From assembly GCA_964270895.1 (NCBI GenBank), contig OZ185436.1: DNA of 64,000 nucleotides; one strand, 5' to 3'. This DNA is from Podarcis filfolensis (lineage: Eukaryota). The notes beneath the pieces were generated by a model. The model ran no database searches and was not told the DNA's origin. It worked only from the letters and a program-made list of their open reading frames with translations. Below, one piece after another: positions 1 through 60,704 of the stretch; the first letter of the stretch is position 1, and every line of letters begins with the position of its first letter. The position numbers were made by a program, and so were the translations under genes.

Positions 1-560
1 CCTCCTCCTGCCGCCGCCGCCGCGCGCTTACACCACCAGCCGGGAGATGATCCAGGACACCATGGCGAGGCCGAGGCTCCTCCGGGGGCCGGCGGGGACT
101 GGCGAGCTGGCTTTCGGCAGCGGCACCAGCGAGGAAAGGAGAGAGCGCTGTTAAAGGGCAGGTTCCTGCAGCAAGCGCGGCCCCGCCCCGGCTCCTTAAA
201 GGGGAGGAGCCAGCGGCGCCTGTCGGAGGGAAAAAGAGCAGCGGGTGCATGGCGGTGGGCTCGTCGTCAGTGCGGCGGTTGCTGCTGCTGCTGCTGGGCC
301 TTCGCGTCATCTCTCCGTGGCAGAGCAGCAGGTCCGGCGCCTCCGCCAGGCCTCGCGTCAAGCGACACGCTCCCCGCCCTAGAAGGCAGAGCCAGCCCCG
401 CAATAGCGCTCGTCTCTGGACCAGCGCTTTAGAGGGCTTGCGGCGCAGTCCTTGCCACGCCTCCTCAGAAGTAAGTCCTGTTGAGTTCAGTGCGGCTTAC
501 TCTCGGGGAAACGGGGTTCAGGTGGCAGCCCGCCTGCTGGGTTTGCAACGCCGCAACTGG
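1..560. promoter_or_regulatory. CpG island, REEP2 promoter / 5'UTR
   Basis: GC- and CpG-rich stretch with GCC repeats and a GC box (ccccgccccg at about 181) around the REEP2 start codon. Confidence 0.8.
32..63 (-). CDS. REEP2: REEP2 first coding exon (rest of gene lies outside the window, below base 1)
   Basis: ATG at 63-61 in gccATGG context encodes MVSWIISRLVV (32 nt, phase 2), then a GTAAG donor at 31-27. This matches the REEP1-4 N-terminus, and REEP2 follows KDM3B in the known gene order. Confidence 0.9.
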
Positions 561-3500
561 AATAGGCAGCCTCAGGCCCCAGCCAGCCAGTTGCGTATTT
601 CAAATATTCGTGTGCAAGAAGAGCCTCCAGGTTTATTATAATAAACCGTTAAAGGGCAAGGCCGGGAAATAACCGAAAGGCTCCCCCCGCCATAGAAGTA
701 GACAATGGATATTGGTGTGGGCGGGGGGCTCTCTTGCAGGTGCTGTTCGATTTGACGGAGTTATCCATCGCGAATCCCTAAAATCCTTGGGGTTTTGTTC
801 AGGACCGGGCTGAGGATGCGGAGGAAACACCAGTCTGGGCCTCTGCCAACAGCTCTCATCGGTGTCTCAGGCAGCAGCTACCCCATGCTTATCAGGTGGC
901 CCTCTCCCCAAAGGCCCTGGAAAGGGGCACTCAAGGTGTTTTTGCACCCCTGCTTCCTTCTAGAAAGCAAGCAAAACTCCATCTTTCTCACCCAATCCCC
1001 TCAGCGTTTCCATCAGAATTGAGATTGAATACCTCTTGTAGTTTGTTAGATCATGTAATTAAATCAAATTATCTTAAACTGGCTTGTTCTTCCGTTTCCA
1101 GTATTTAAGACACATCCCACTGTTCTAGTGAGTCTTTTTTAAACCCCCTTAATAAACAAAGCACTACAACGAATAAGATACCAGTTTAAAAGATAACCCT
1201 ATTTTGTTTTCTTTTGTTTTACAATTTTCTGACATCCAAGAAAGTTAAAATGTACATGCGTTCTCAGTGGCCTTGCCATTCTTCTTAAAATGTTTTTAGC
1301 ATATATATTTAATGGATAATTGGTGAAAGCGTAAAAAAGGAAAAGGCTCACTGGAGTCTGCGCTTTTCAAATGTTCTACCACAACCTCAGATGTAAGGTT
1401 GTGTCGGATATATTTTGGTCAGTCAATCACTCTGTTTTGCCATGTACTAAAAAATGATACTGAAACCTTTACTACTTTTAACTGGCTCCCCAGTGGCTGA
1501 ATAAGCCATAAGAAAGAAGGAAAGGAAGAGCTGGAAAGTGCCTATCAAAAGGCCAAAAAGGGAAAGAGAGTTCACTGAAACCTTCAAAGCATTTCAACAG
1601 CCAGTTGGCTGGCTAAAGCATTTCACTGCACAAGAATGAGGATGTGAAAGGAGAACTGAAAGCCACAGTATTTTGATGTGCTCCCATGATGAAATGATTA
1701 ACAGTTACCCATGGCTGGCCTGCTTAATGCCTCCTGAATGGATTATTCAGCAAAAAATTGTAATTGCTGGCCAGCACATCTAGGAAGAACAATGAAAGAG
1801 GACAAAGGGTGCTATTCAACTAAGTTTTACTCAGAGTAGACCCACTGAATTAATGAACATGACTAAGTTATGTTGTAATGGTGTGTGCCAGTCTGAACTT
1901 TTTAGATCATGGCACTGGAATAGTTGGCATAAACTTTATATAAAATATACTCCTAAATGAACTTCCTTGACCCTGGTCCAGTTACTGTCTCAAATATGTC
2001 CCAGAAATATGTCCCTGGGCTCCTAATACTTTACATAAAGTTCAGCACAGTAATCTGGTGTTACCAGCAAACTTTAACATCTCCTGTAAAAAGAATGGGT
2101 TTCACAACATTAAGAAAACCTTAAGACTCTGGAAACAAATACTGTATAACTAGTTTAGTAATTTCTCAGTACCAAATGAGCAAAATAAACAAAATGAGGA
2201 ACAGACAGGAACTTAATAGGAAATAATGTAACAATGGAATATAGGTGTTATGACAAATCACTAATCCCAAAGACCCCCTCCCCTCTCCATAGCCTAGCAT
2301 TGGCTCAGAATAATACCAAAACTCCAGATGTTCAGTGACTGGTTTGCTTTCATGGACCCCTTTTCACACTGCTCTCTCAAGGACCAGCCTGACACTATGC
2401 TTTGCTTCAGGACACCATTCTCCCTCCCTTTCTTTGGTTTAGTGTGGGTACTGTGACAAATGTCACACTTAATTTCTCTTTGAGCTTTTGATAGGGATCC
2501 TTCTTTGCTCTTTAGACCAAGGTATGTTTGTGTTGTACAATTTGCAACCAGCTTGTATTTGTACCTGCTTTCTTAAGCCGCATCCATATATTTTGCCACA
2601 TATATTCAGGTTAATCAATCTTTCTTTATTCCTTTTGCATGTGAACTTCTTGGGGCATAAGGTTAAGGCTAAACACATATTCATAAATAAATATTACAAC
2701 TCCAGCAAAAGGTTCAGACACACTATAAAACAACATTCATTAATTTTAATAGGTCTAGTCAGCAAACTTTGGTTGACTATCACCCAAACAGGTGGAATTC
2801 AACATAGTGCTAAGAAGGTCAGGGATCTTAATTTTATTGCTTTGGTTTCTTCTACAACTTGGAGAGGGCATGTTACATGCTCCTCTAGTATTGCTGCTAT
2901 ATGTTTTTAGTAGTAGCAATTGCATGACTTAGGATACAAATACTATACACACTCAAGTTTATTTCCTAATTGTTCAGAATCTAAGCAGTAGCTGAGATTT
3001 CCCATTAAAAACCCTATGAAATACAGTGCAACATAGCAATATTTTTAATGCTTAGTCACTGGAGCACAGATGAGAGAAGCGAAAATCCAGGACATGTTGA
3101 AACCACCACAAATAAAATATGGGTTTGCAATTCAAATCATTGCTGTGATTTCCACTAGCATTTTTTGTCCTGAGGCTTAGATGCTTGGCAGCCATAATAA
3201 AATGTGTAGTTTGGAAGTCATCAACTCCTGCTTGAGAAGATTATCCTGCTCTGAGGGAATTACTGGAGCCTACAGAAAAGGAAGTACCATTAATGTCACC
3301 CACCAAAACCAGTACAGTAATGTTGGGCAAATGAGACAAACAAATTGCTAGTAGTTATGATGGTGGTATTAACTTCAGCTATCACAGACATGTTATGTCT
3401 GAATACCAGCTGCTGAGGATCATGAGCTGGAGTGTGTGGTTTTGCTCATGCCCTGCTTGTGGGCTTCCCATAGGCCAGGCTGGCCACACAATGCAGGGCA

Positions 3501-4468
3501 AGACGGGCCTTTGGTCTGATTCAGCAGGCCTCTTAAGTTCTAATGATGAGACCATGTTGACAGTCTGGAATATATAGTGAGGAATTTCAGCTGCTGTCCT
3601 ATGTGGTCAGTGCTGATGAACTAGAATTGTTGGGGAGTATGCATGCAGAGATGAGGGAATAGATCTCTGGGGGTGGCTATTTTACCCCTCAGTCACCCAA
3701 CAGATGTGGAGAGATGTGACCAGAGCTGCATGTCATGGCACTGATTCTGGCCTTGCACCAACGCAGCTCCAAAAGTATGGGAGCCCAAGTGTGCTCCAGC
3801 TGCCCAAACCTGGGTATCCAACGTTGGTTGCATGAGGCAGATTTCAAGTGAGACTGCCAACGAAATTACGGTATAGCTGTAAATGGATGAGGAACATTTT
3901 GCTGGTGGGTGAAGGGAAAACTGAAGGCATTTTGAAGGGGCTTTGCAATTCAGATAAATAGCTGAGAGAGTAAGCACACACAGAGACTTTATCCCAGTTT
4001 GAGTGGTATAGATAAGTGGAAAAACACAATGTTTGCTACATCTTGATTTCTTCTAAGTGACCACAACTATGACATTTTTGCTCTCCCATAGTAACTCTTA
4101 CAGGGTTTAGCCTGTTCTGAATTGGGGAGTGGAGTCTGTGTTATGCCGGAGTGTTTCATGGGTCAAGTTTGACCACATCATACCTATAAGAGAAATAAAA
4201 TACACATGGGATTGCTTGACTGGTTCACTGCTGAAACCATGTTGCAGTTTTGCTGCCTCCTGAAAAAAAGGTCATTATTACTAGGTACTGAAGGGAAACG
4301 GTGCAGCAAACCTTGGAAGTTGCCTCTGAAAAATATGCATGAATGCAGCTCTCAGAGTTATGGGAGAGGAGTGGGAGCTCAGAAGCAAAGGCACTTCTTT
4401 AGCCCCACCCACAATTCCTCTTGCACAGATTCAGTGTAGGTTTAAAGAAGATTCTACAGTAAATGACT

Positions 4469-4474
4469 TTTATT
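4469..4474 (-). terminator. Candidate KDM3B polyadenylation signal AATAAA (3'UTR about 1.15 kb); another hexamer at 4865-4870
   Basis: TTTATT on the plus strand in an AT-rich context downstream of the stop codon. Usage is not verified. Confidence 0.45.
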
Positions 4475-5606
4475 TTTTAAAAAATGAAATAACCGTGAAC
4501 ATATTAACAGGCCTGCAGGTGGCACTACAGTACAGCTGGATAGAAGGTAGATATAGTCCCAATGTACAGTCAAACAATGGAATCCATCAGTTCAATGGTG
4601 ACAATTCTGAATACAACTCTATCAAGCAGGAACATTTTACTGAAAATATTTCTGGACAAAGCTGATATTGAAAATTAGCTCTGGGAAGTACAAGTCCCAA
4701 TCTAGAACTGACAACTGGTGAACTATTACCTGGTTTGCCAGTTTAGGGAGAGATGTACAACATCTCCAAAACATAAAAGTTCTTTCCCCCCCTTGCATTT
4801 GTGGAAACTGGTGTTGGAAGTCAATTTCTTTTAGCTCTCCTCTGGCCAATTGTGCTATTTTGGATTTATTTCTAAGAATCATTTCTTGAAAGGTTTTACT
4901 GAAAGGAAGACTAAACACAATGTGCCTTTCCTTGTAACCCAGGAACAGTTGTGGTATTTCAAATTCTAAAAATATCTACTTTCATGAAATACTGTTTCAC
5001 TACAAACCTAGTTTTTCACTAAATACACATTTTTAAATCCTGGAGCCATCAGGGAAAAAGTGGTTTCTCTCTGCGATTCTGCGTTTCTACAGTGTATAGC
5101 GAACTCTTAAAAAGGGAGCATGAAGAACATCTTTCTTTCCTTGGCCTGTGTCAGACTCAGGAGGACCTGCTTCAGCAGCTGGGCTCCTGGTGATCGCACT
5201 CTTTCAGAGTTGGCTACTTAAGTCTGCAAGAGAATGTCCATCTTCACATCATTCTTTCTAACTTCTTGGAAAGACTAACTAGGCATGAAAAAGGTTCACA
5301 CGTTCTATTCATAATAGGCAGGAACACCACATGGTTTCCATACAATTTAAATTTGCAAAAGGCCACAGGAAAGGGACACAGCACCTTTCATTAGGTGGGA
5401 AACTTTGCATGTTATAGTGACCTTCCTTTAGTTTCCTTAGTATTGAGGCAGCATAGAAGACGGTGGCTGGAGAGTGTAATGAATGCCATGGCATCTCTTA
5501 GCGAGAAGCGTTTGGCTCCTGCACAGGCAGGTATGTGCGCTCCCCTTCTATACTGTGAGCAAAAAAATGACTCCAGAGGGGGGGCGGTGTTTGGAATCAC
5601 CAGTTC

Positions 5607-41542
<35,936 letters not shown>

Positions 41543-42671
41543 CCCCGCCGGGCAGAAGCAGCCTCCGTCGCGCCTCCGAGCCCAACAGCCGCCGCCGGAG
41601 ACACCGAGTGAGCGACGGCCCTGCGCTGGGCCCCCCGAACACCAGCCCGCCCTGATCCCGGCGTGCCCCGCGCCAGAACCTCCGTTCCAATCCCGGCGTG
41701 CCCCGCGCCGGCCAGCCAGCTGGCCCCGCCCCTGATTCAAGTTCCCAGCGTGCCCTGCGCGCGCCCTTATTTATTTACTCCTCCGCTCCCGGCATGCACC
41801 GCAGTCGTCGCGCTCTTGTCCTAGGTGCCTGTTGTTCGGTTTTGCCCGTACGGGGCGCTGCAGGGGACTCATTTCACAGGCCCCGATACACGCAGCACAG
41901 AACCTTAAAGCCTCTCCCCCCAACCCCACAAGGCACATCACACCTGATGGGGAAAGTGGAATGGCCACCTGCCGTGCCTTGGTTGACCTGAGGTACAAGA
42001 AGGGCTGCCCTCTTCTTTTCGGGTGTTATGAGTGATATTACTGTACTGACGAGGTCTCAGCCCACACTCCCAGTGCGGGAGGAAGCTTTCACCAGCTAAA
42101 GTTGTAAATCATTTTGAGTATGATTTACTCAACATGCATGTGTGTTTAGGGAATCTTACTCCATTCTTTTGTGATGGTAAATACTTAAATGCCTGAATCC
42201 TGGTCACAGGCTCACCCTATTCATACACAAATATGGCCTTAAGACAGTTAAGCAAAAGACAATGGAGAGGCTTTCCCATTTCCTTCCTCCTTGCAGAGAA
42301 ACATTTGAGGTCAATTTAGGAGCCAAAATACCGGTAGTTTCAGGATTGCTTTCCTGTACTATTTCAGACACATGGTTTATATGCTTATGTGTTTGCCTTG
42401 TAAATTTATGAACATTTAATTTATATATTTGAGACCTTGCATTCTTACAACACTGCCAAGTTGTAAAATGTTTTAGTTGCCTGCCTTGGATTTTGCTCAT
42501 CTGATGAGTGTAACTGAACTAATACAGTAATTGGCAACCAACCTAGGCCAGGATTTTGTCACCCACTCTGCAAAATGCTCCATTTAAGGACAGTCTGCTC
42601 TCCCCAGTAGTCTTTACAATTTACAAATAGGGTGTTCCCCAGGCTCCAGTCTAAGTATGAAGGCTTTGCAT

Positions 42672-45140
42672 TTCTTCTTCTTTGGCGATGACTCATAGCC
42701 GAGTAAGATTGTCTTCCATGAAAATGGTCTTAACACTGACTCTGTAAGTGACTGTGGAAGCCAATTCTGTATCCACACGTCCTTCCAATGTGATCACGGT
42801 GAGGGTTTGCCAAATGTGCCTTCCTTTTAGCTCATTTCTCCTTTTTGCCCTGAGTTCGTGCTTCTTCAAAGTCCATAACACCTTTGGTAAAGGCTGTTCT
42901 CTAATGGGAGCGCTTGCAGGCCAGTGTTTCCCAGTTATCAATGCTTATACTACATTTTTAAAATATTTGCCTTGAGAACATCTTTAAACCTCTTCTGTTG
43001 TCCACTGATATTTCGCTTTCCATTCTTAAGTTGGGAATAGAGTAGTTGCTTTGGAAGACAATAATCAGGCATCCAAACATGACCAGTCCAACAAAGTTGA
43101 TGTTTAAGAATCATTGCTTCAACACTGGTGATCTTTCTTCTTCCGGTATACTGACATTAGTTCGCCTGTCTTCCCAAGTGATGGGTAAAAAAATTTTGAG
43201 ACACCGTTGATGGAATCTTTCAAGGAGTTGGAGATGGCGTTTATAAGTTGTCCATGTTTCTCAAGCGTAAAGTTGGTAGCATAATGCCTTTGTAAACAAG
43301 CATTTTGGTTCCCCTGCGAATGTCCTGGTCCTCAAACACTCAGTGCTTCAATCGGGAGGAAACTGCACTCACAGAGCTCAGGCAATGCTGGATTTCAGCA
43401 TCGATGTTGGCCCTTGTGGAAAGATAACTGTCCAGGTAGGAAAAGTGGTCGACATTTTCCAACACTGCACCATTAAGTTGGATTTGTGGCACTGCATAGG
43501 ATTTTTTGTGTGCTTGTGGTACAGCACTTTGGTTTTTTGGAAATTGAGCAATAGGCCAAGTTTTCCATAAGCTGTGAAGCTATTTAAGAGGATTTGGAGG
43601 TCATCCTCTGAGTGTGCACAAACTACATTGTCATCAGCATACTGAAGCTCTATGATGGAAGTTATGGTAACTTTACTCTTTGCTTTCATCCTACTCCGTT
43701 TAAAGAGTTTTCATCTGTTCGTTATATGATTTCTACTTCGGTGGGGAGTTTCCCTTAGACAATGTGTTGGATCATGGCGATGAAGATAATAGAGCTGGGG
43801 CACTAACTCATCCCTGTTTAACGCCTGATCCCACTGTGAATGGTTCATTTTGAGAGCCACTGGTATCCACAATTGTTGCAGTTATATTATCATGGAGGAG
43901 TCAAAGGATTGATACGGAAGGGGGAGGCATGTCTTCTTCACCTTCTTCTTCGCTACAATATATCAATTTATTTCCAATTGTCAATGTCAAAGGGGACTAA
44001 AATCTATAAAATTCATAGAATATCAACGTACCAATTTGCTCAATTTCTCTAGGACTCCATCACACCTCCCCTGTCCTCCATAATCCCTCAAGCAAGGTGT
44101 CAAGACCCTAATCCTGTCAAATCACTCTGCCAAGCCTTTCCTCCAGGAAATGCCAGTACATGGACCATTGTCTTCTCATCAGGATGTGCTTATCTGCGCA
44201 TATCTCCAGCTCTGCATATTCCCCCCTCCCTCCTCCATATGTTAATCCTGTGTAACCCAACCTCTTCTTAATGTATTCATGATGTAATCTGTGTAACCCA
44301 ACCTCTCTTTAATGTATTCATGATGTAACTGGGATGTATTTTGCACTGTATTCTGGGACATGGAGGGAAGTTTCAAAAGTTTATGTCACCCCTTTCTCGC
44401 TGTTCAATCTCGCCTTGAACCTGTTGCGCAATAAACGTGGATCTTCTGCAGCTTGCTCCTGTCTCCGGCTGAGCTCATTTTTCTCCGCAGGGGCCCGCGG
44501 ACTTAGTCCAACGAGCTGGGTGGCTGAGCAGCCTCGCACCCAGATTTTTACCGTAACAGGATGTTCACAAATTTATCTGGGCAGCCGATTTTTAGAAGGA
44601 CAGTCCACAGGGCAGTGCAATTTAGTGTTGAAGGCCTTAGTCAGTTCAATAAATGCCACATACAGGAGTTGGTTTTGCTCTCTGCATTTTCCTTGCCAAG
44701 CAGTGAAAATCATATCCACTGTCCCCCTAGAACGTCGAAAACCATTTTGGGATTCAGGAAGAATATCCTTGTTTGCCAATATCCTTGCAAGAATTTTTCC
44801 AGCCACAGCTAATAAAGAGATGCCTCAATAGTTTCCACAATCCATTCTATCATCTTTTAAAAAAAGAAATAAATTAATTTTTCTGCATCTCTGAAGTCTG
44901 CTAGGATCTCTTCTTTCTCCCAGATTTTTTTGATGAGCTCTTGAAGTTGTTGTGTAAGTTCAATTCCGCCCACTTTGAAGACTTCAGCAGGTATCCCATC
45001 AGGTATGCTGGCTTTGTTGTTTTTCATTTGGTTAATAGCTGTACACAACTCGCCCAGATGTGGACATACTGCAAGCTCATCTCCAATTTGTTTTTGTGGG
45101 ATTTGTGAGAGGACCTCAGCAGCTACGGGGAAGTTGCCTT
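42672..45140 (-). mobile_element. Degraded RTE-clade LINE (non-BovB), 5'-truncated, interrupted by a solo LTR
   Basis: RT fragments GKILARIL...LPESQNGFR..RGTVDMIF, ELQYADD and GSGVKQG; C-terminal zinc-finger-like tail; (GAA)n 3' end at about 42672. Confidence 0.88.
43910..44558 (+). mobile_element. Solo LTR (649 bp), probably Gypsy-like or ERV-derived
   Basis: Ends TGATACGG...CCGTAACA (7/8 inverted match); exact 4-bp target-site duplication GGAT at 43906-43909 and 44559-44562; AATAAA at 44430-44435. Removing it rejoins the RTE frame (..FVNIL*LLHD..). Confidence 0.8.
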
Positions 45141-48100
45141 CCATTGCCACATCAACTTTTTATTACCATTTTAGACTTACCAGATTTCTCTTATCTAAAA
45201 TCTTAAAATTTTAAGAGACCACATACCAAGTGCCCAGGATGCGGATCTGCCTATGGAAGGAGGCAGGTCAAAGGTAACTTTCCCAATCCCCTTCTCTTCC
45301 TGGCTATTCCAAGGGTCAAGAAACATTTCTGAATAGGGTAGACTGTGATGTACAGGGATATAGTGTAAAACTGGGCAGATGCATCTCCTGTAAGTAGAAA
45401 CTATACTTACAGAAGTTACTTCACTAACTTTCTGTTATTTCTCCCTTTCCCCATAATGCCCCACTTAGTCAATTTCCACCCCACCCCACCCCACTTCCGC
45501 AGGTTAATCTCTAGAGCCAACCCATCATGTTTACCAATTGCACAGATTTGCAAAAGTTGTAATGCAGACACTAAACGGTTAGTCAAATACATTATAAAGG
45601 GAGCAACACAGTGAAATGAGAAAACCCACATGACCATAAAGGAAATATTTATTAAAATATAATCAAAGAAACTGTCAAACTTCTAACAAAAGCCAGGAGA
45701 GAGTTGAAGGGAGAAACATCTGTACAGGAAACATCATTGGAAATGCTTTTACATGCTTTATTGTTTAAGTTTCACAGTTTAGTTATTGGCTACAAAAATA
45801 TATTTCTGAAACTCTGAGTCCTCTATAAAAAAAGCTGGTCAGCAACAGCAAACCTGACAAGCAGAATATACCTTAGGACAGAGTGAGCTCCTCCTGCAGA
45901 TAAGCTTGGCATGACCCAGGGCACTCCTGCCTCAACGTTAGGAACAAATGTTCTTTGGGATTAAGCTCCACATTAATTCTGAAGGAAGTCTATTCTTCCT
46001 CCAGCATGCATAAAACTTGGAGCAAGGAGTTTCACATCTATACATGTGAGAAGGGGTCACTGAACCAATGTTTAGTGTCAGGAGAGAGACTTCACTTTAG
46101 CATTACCCTTTCTTGTGGCAACTGCTAGTCTGAACCAAAAATATACCATGATGTGCAACTGGAGCACTTTCATCAGCACCTGGCCCATCCTGCTTTCTGG
46201 GGAAAAACCCCTTGATTAGCTAAGGAGTCTCAAACCTGATCTGGATCCTCAAGCGATGCCACTCTGGCAGTTTCAAAGTTGTTTTAATTCCCAAATGTAG
46301 GTCTAGGTAATACTGGCTATCTTTGAGGGCTTAAGGCTTATACAATGTTCACCAGCATTCAGAGACTGACACAACCTTATCATTTATGTATTCTAGTATG
46401 CCAATCAGCACGGTTTCTACAAAAGGCTCAGTGCTAGCCAGCTGGGATCTTCCCAATTTCTCTCCTTATGGAGGTTTTTACCTGATAAGTCTTTAGAGGT
46501 ATTCATGTGTAAAAAATAATTTTGCTTACTAATATATGGTTGCCACTTTTAATTAAGTGTATCTTACACTACTCCCTGAAACAGGCAAGATGAACAGACT
46601 CTGGGCAATCCCACAACTGGGGACCTTGATCAGAAAATCTTACAAACAGGAATTGCCAGCAGCAAGCTGAGCAAAAGATGTTGCTGGTTTTCTCTGCTCG
46701 TAATACAATGTGACATTGGGGCAATAGGCATCCTATTCTCCACTGCAGGAATGCTCAACCCATGGGTTGACAGAACTTATTAGTTGGGTTGCAACAGGAC
46801 AGTGAAATACATCAGTATTTCCTATCCAAGTATGAAATCTAATCAAACTTGGTATCCTGAGATTTTCAGCTTTCATTTTTTTTAAAGCACATTCCTGCTC
46901 TCATGGTTGTAGCCAACAGCTTGACAATGCATAACTAATGTTGAGTAAAGTACAAGAAACTAAAAGGCAGAGTGGCAGGGCACCAGAGCCCTGCAATTCC
47001 CTGCTCTTCCTCAATGGCTATTTCCTACCGTCTTTCTCACTAATCCCAATTTCTCTACAATTCCCTGCCGTTTCTGTAAAAATACCCTAAACATGATGGT
47101 CTATTGGAAGCAGAAATATGCACATTTATATTATTATGAATCAGAATTTTGAGTGCTGTGTAATGGGGAGGTTGGCGGAGAATACACACAACCCTGAACT
47201 GCCCTCTGGAGTAGCACCTAATGTTATGGCTATCTGAGGCACATCAGCAATGTGTGAATGTTTTGTAGATTGGGATTTCTCCTCAACAGATTGTGAAATG
47301 TAATACATGCAGCCCACCTCACAGCTGGCTAGTTTGCCCACTACAGAGAGCAGAGTTTTTCAAGGGCTGGTGCGGACACAATTCTGGCCCTTGGCTCAGG
47401 CCAAAAGATCAACAGCAAACAATAAGATCACATCTCCGTCTCCTCTCACAGATACATTCCTTTAGCTCTCTTTGCCCTTGTTTAGAGTTAGGTCTGAGCA
47501 ATGTTAATCTTGATTAACACAGATGTGAACCTAGATTTTGGAACTGAAGGTGGGGAATGGTGTGGGCACAGGAAATTTACACAGGAGAAAGGATGGGGTG
47601 AGGAAGTGTCTTGTCACACAGGCTACTCCCATTTTCTTTAACCCTAGTTAAAGGCCAGCATTGTGTTATATTTGCAACAACCCAAATGGCAATGCATTCC
47701 AGTTTTCAGGTTGGTTAGAGCAGATTAGTATGCAGATCAAATAAAAAGCTGAAACTGTTATTTTTGCCCCAAGTTAAATCTCTTCAGAGGTGAAGGCTTC
47801 ACTCAAAGGTTCCCCACATTTACTGCCACACACTTAGCACTAACATCTGTTAGCATGCCCCCCCGTGCACAGACTGCTAAAAACCCTGAGCGACCCAAGA
47901 GGTATGTGAATTTTAAACATGAAGTAATAATCATCCAAGAGATTATAAAGCTATTGTGCCTCCCCCACTACCAGAGCCTACATTACACCAAACACTTCCA
48001 ACTCACATTCTAACAAAGCACACACTACAAGGGCACCATATACCATCTCACAATACAAAAGTAAGATTTTTCTTGCTCAGCGCTTCCCTCACTTGAAAGG

Positions 48101-49742
48101 GATTCTCTGTACACCTGTCAGTTAGCACTTGGCATTGAAGAAATCCTGCCAATATCTGCAGACAGTCTTGGAAAATTGGGATGCTTGGGGACATGCTAGC
48201 CCATTATCAATGTTCAGTTGTAAGCAAGATCTAGGATGAGGTTTCTACTCCACCCAGTTCCCAGGTTGCCTGGCTGGCATTTTGTTTGGAAGAAAACAAG
48301 GTAAAGTTGAATTCTGATTACAACAAAAAATTCCTATTCTTCACCCCCAATTGTTTTCTGAGCTTAATACTTAGGCGGTCTGATTATAAGCCATAACATT
48401 TTCCTAGTCAAAGAGTTCTGTAAAGTCCAAGCAACATGACAAGGCTATCCTCCAACAATAATAAATACTTTGCTTCATTATGAACTATATGCTGTGTGGA
48501 CAGTGCCAGGGAATAAGAATTTATTCACCTCATAAGAGACAATGTACAGCACTAGTTCTGCCTTTAAATCTGGTTTAAATGCCTTGGTTAAAACATACCC
48601 CTGGTTGTTGTTTTTAAAGGCAACTGCCATAGTTTGCCACAGACCAACTATTTCTCCCCAAGAAGAATCTGTGTGGCCATCTGTAGGTTTTGAGAATAAA
48701 TTCTGTTGGTTGGTTTTTTTGCAAGACAAGGACTCAATTCAGAGAAAGGGGTTGAAGTAAAGAACTTGAAAATTCAGCACGCACACACCTGGGACATTTC
48801 ATACTAAACAAAAATAAGAGGGAAGAATCCTGGCTTGGCCTTTGATGCGTGTTAAGAGACAGGTCAACGAGACTTAGGTCCCAAGTTAAGTTCTAGGATT
48901 TCAGCATAATCATCTTATTGTAGCAAAGTTGCACTAATAAGCGTGCAAAGAGCAGGCATTTATGTAACCTGACACCTTGATTTCTGAAACGCCTTCTGCC
49001 TCCCTATATGGAGCTGACTCCTCATTCCCTGAGCTGGGCCCAAATCTCAGTTGAATCTTCCTCCCTGTAACTTCGCAAGCATCTTGGCTGTCGATGCAAA
49101 TTCTCTGCACGTCTTGAAACACAAATAAGATTCCAGGCAGAATTTCCAATTCACTCTGGTTCGTATAATTACTTACCCCCAGCATCCTAGGAGCAAATCA
49201 CCCACCAAGCACATCAGTTAAGAGCATACAGGCAGGCCAAAGCAGTAAATGCCCACAACTGAGCCAGGGCTCCCCTTCCTACCAAGCAAACCTACATGCG
49301 CACCTTCCCTCTCCATTACAGTGTACTTTGCCCCTTGGACCTGAAACTCTGCTGACCTTCAACCTAAGAAACCACCTTAAATGCACACCAGTCTTGTTCT
49401 GGAATCACTGGAATTCTCAGTATTCTACTCAGGTACTGTTTTCCCGTATATCACACAGTGGAAGGCAGGGGCAAGGAAACCTGCATGTTAAAACTAAACA
49501 TTACCAAGAGGGTGAAAAGTCACTGCTTCATTGCCCCAGATAAGGAAAAAGATTCACCAAAAGATTTAAACTAAATCTGATATAAAATATCTGTTTAAAG
49601 GCAAGAGCTAGAATTTGCCAACAATGAAATGCATTCTCCTGTCCGGTGCGAACAGGAAACAGTCCACAGGGATCACAATATGTCCTAAAAAAAAAGGAGG
49701 CATTCCCTGCTTTCTCATGGGGGAATAAAGAGAACAGAGATG

Positions 49743-60704
<10,962 letters not shown>

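Noticed and set aside
249-641. Plus-strand 130-aa ORF and similar long ORFs at 40944-41740 and 60433-61205
   Set aside because: They lie in CpG islands, are low-complexity Arg/Pro/Gly/Ala-rich, and are expected by chance in GC-rich DNA.
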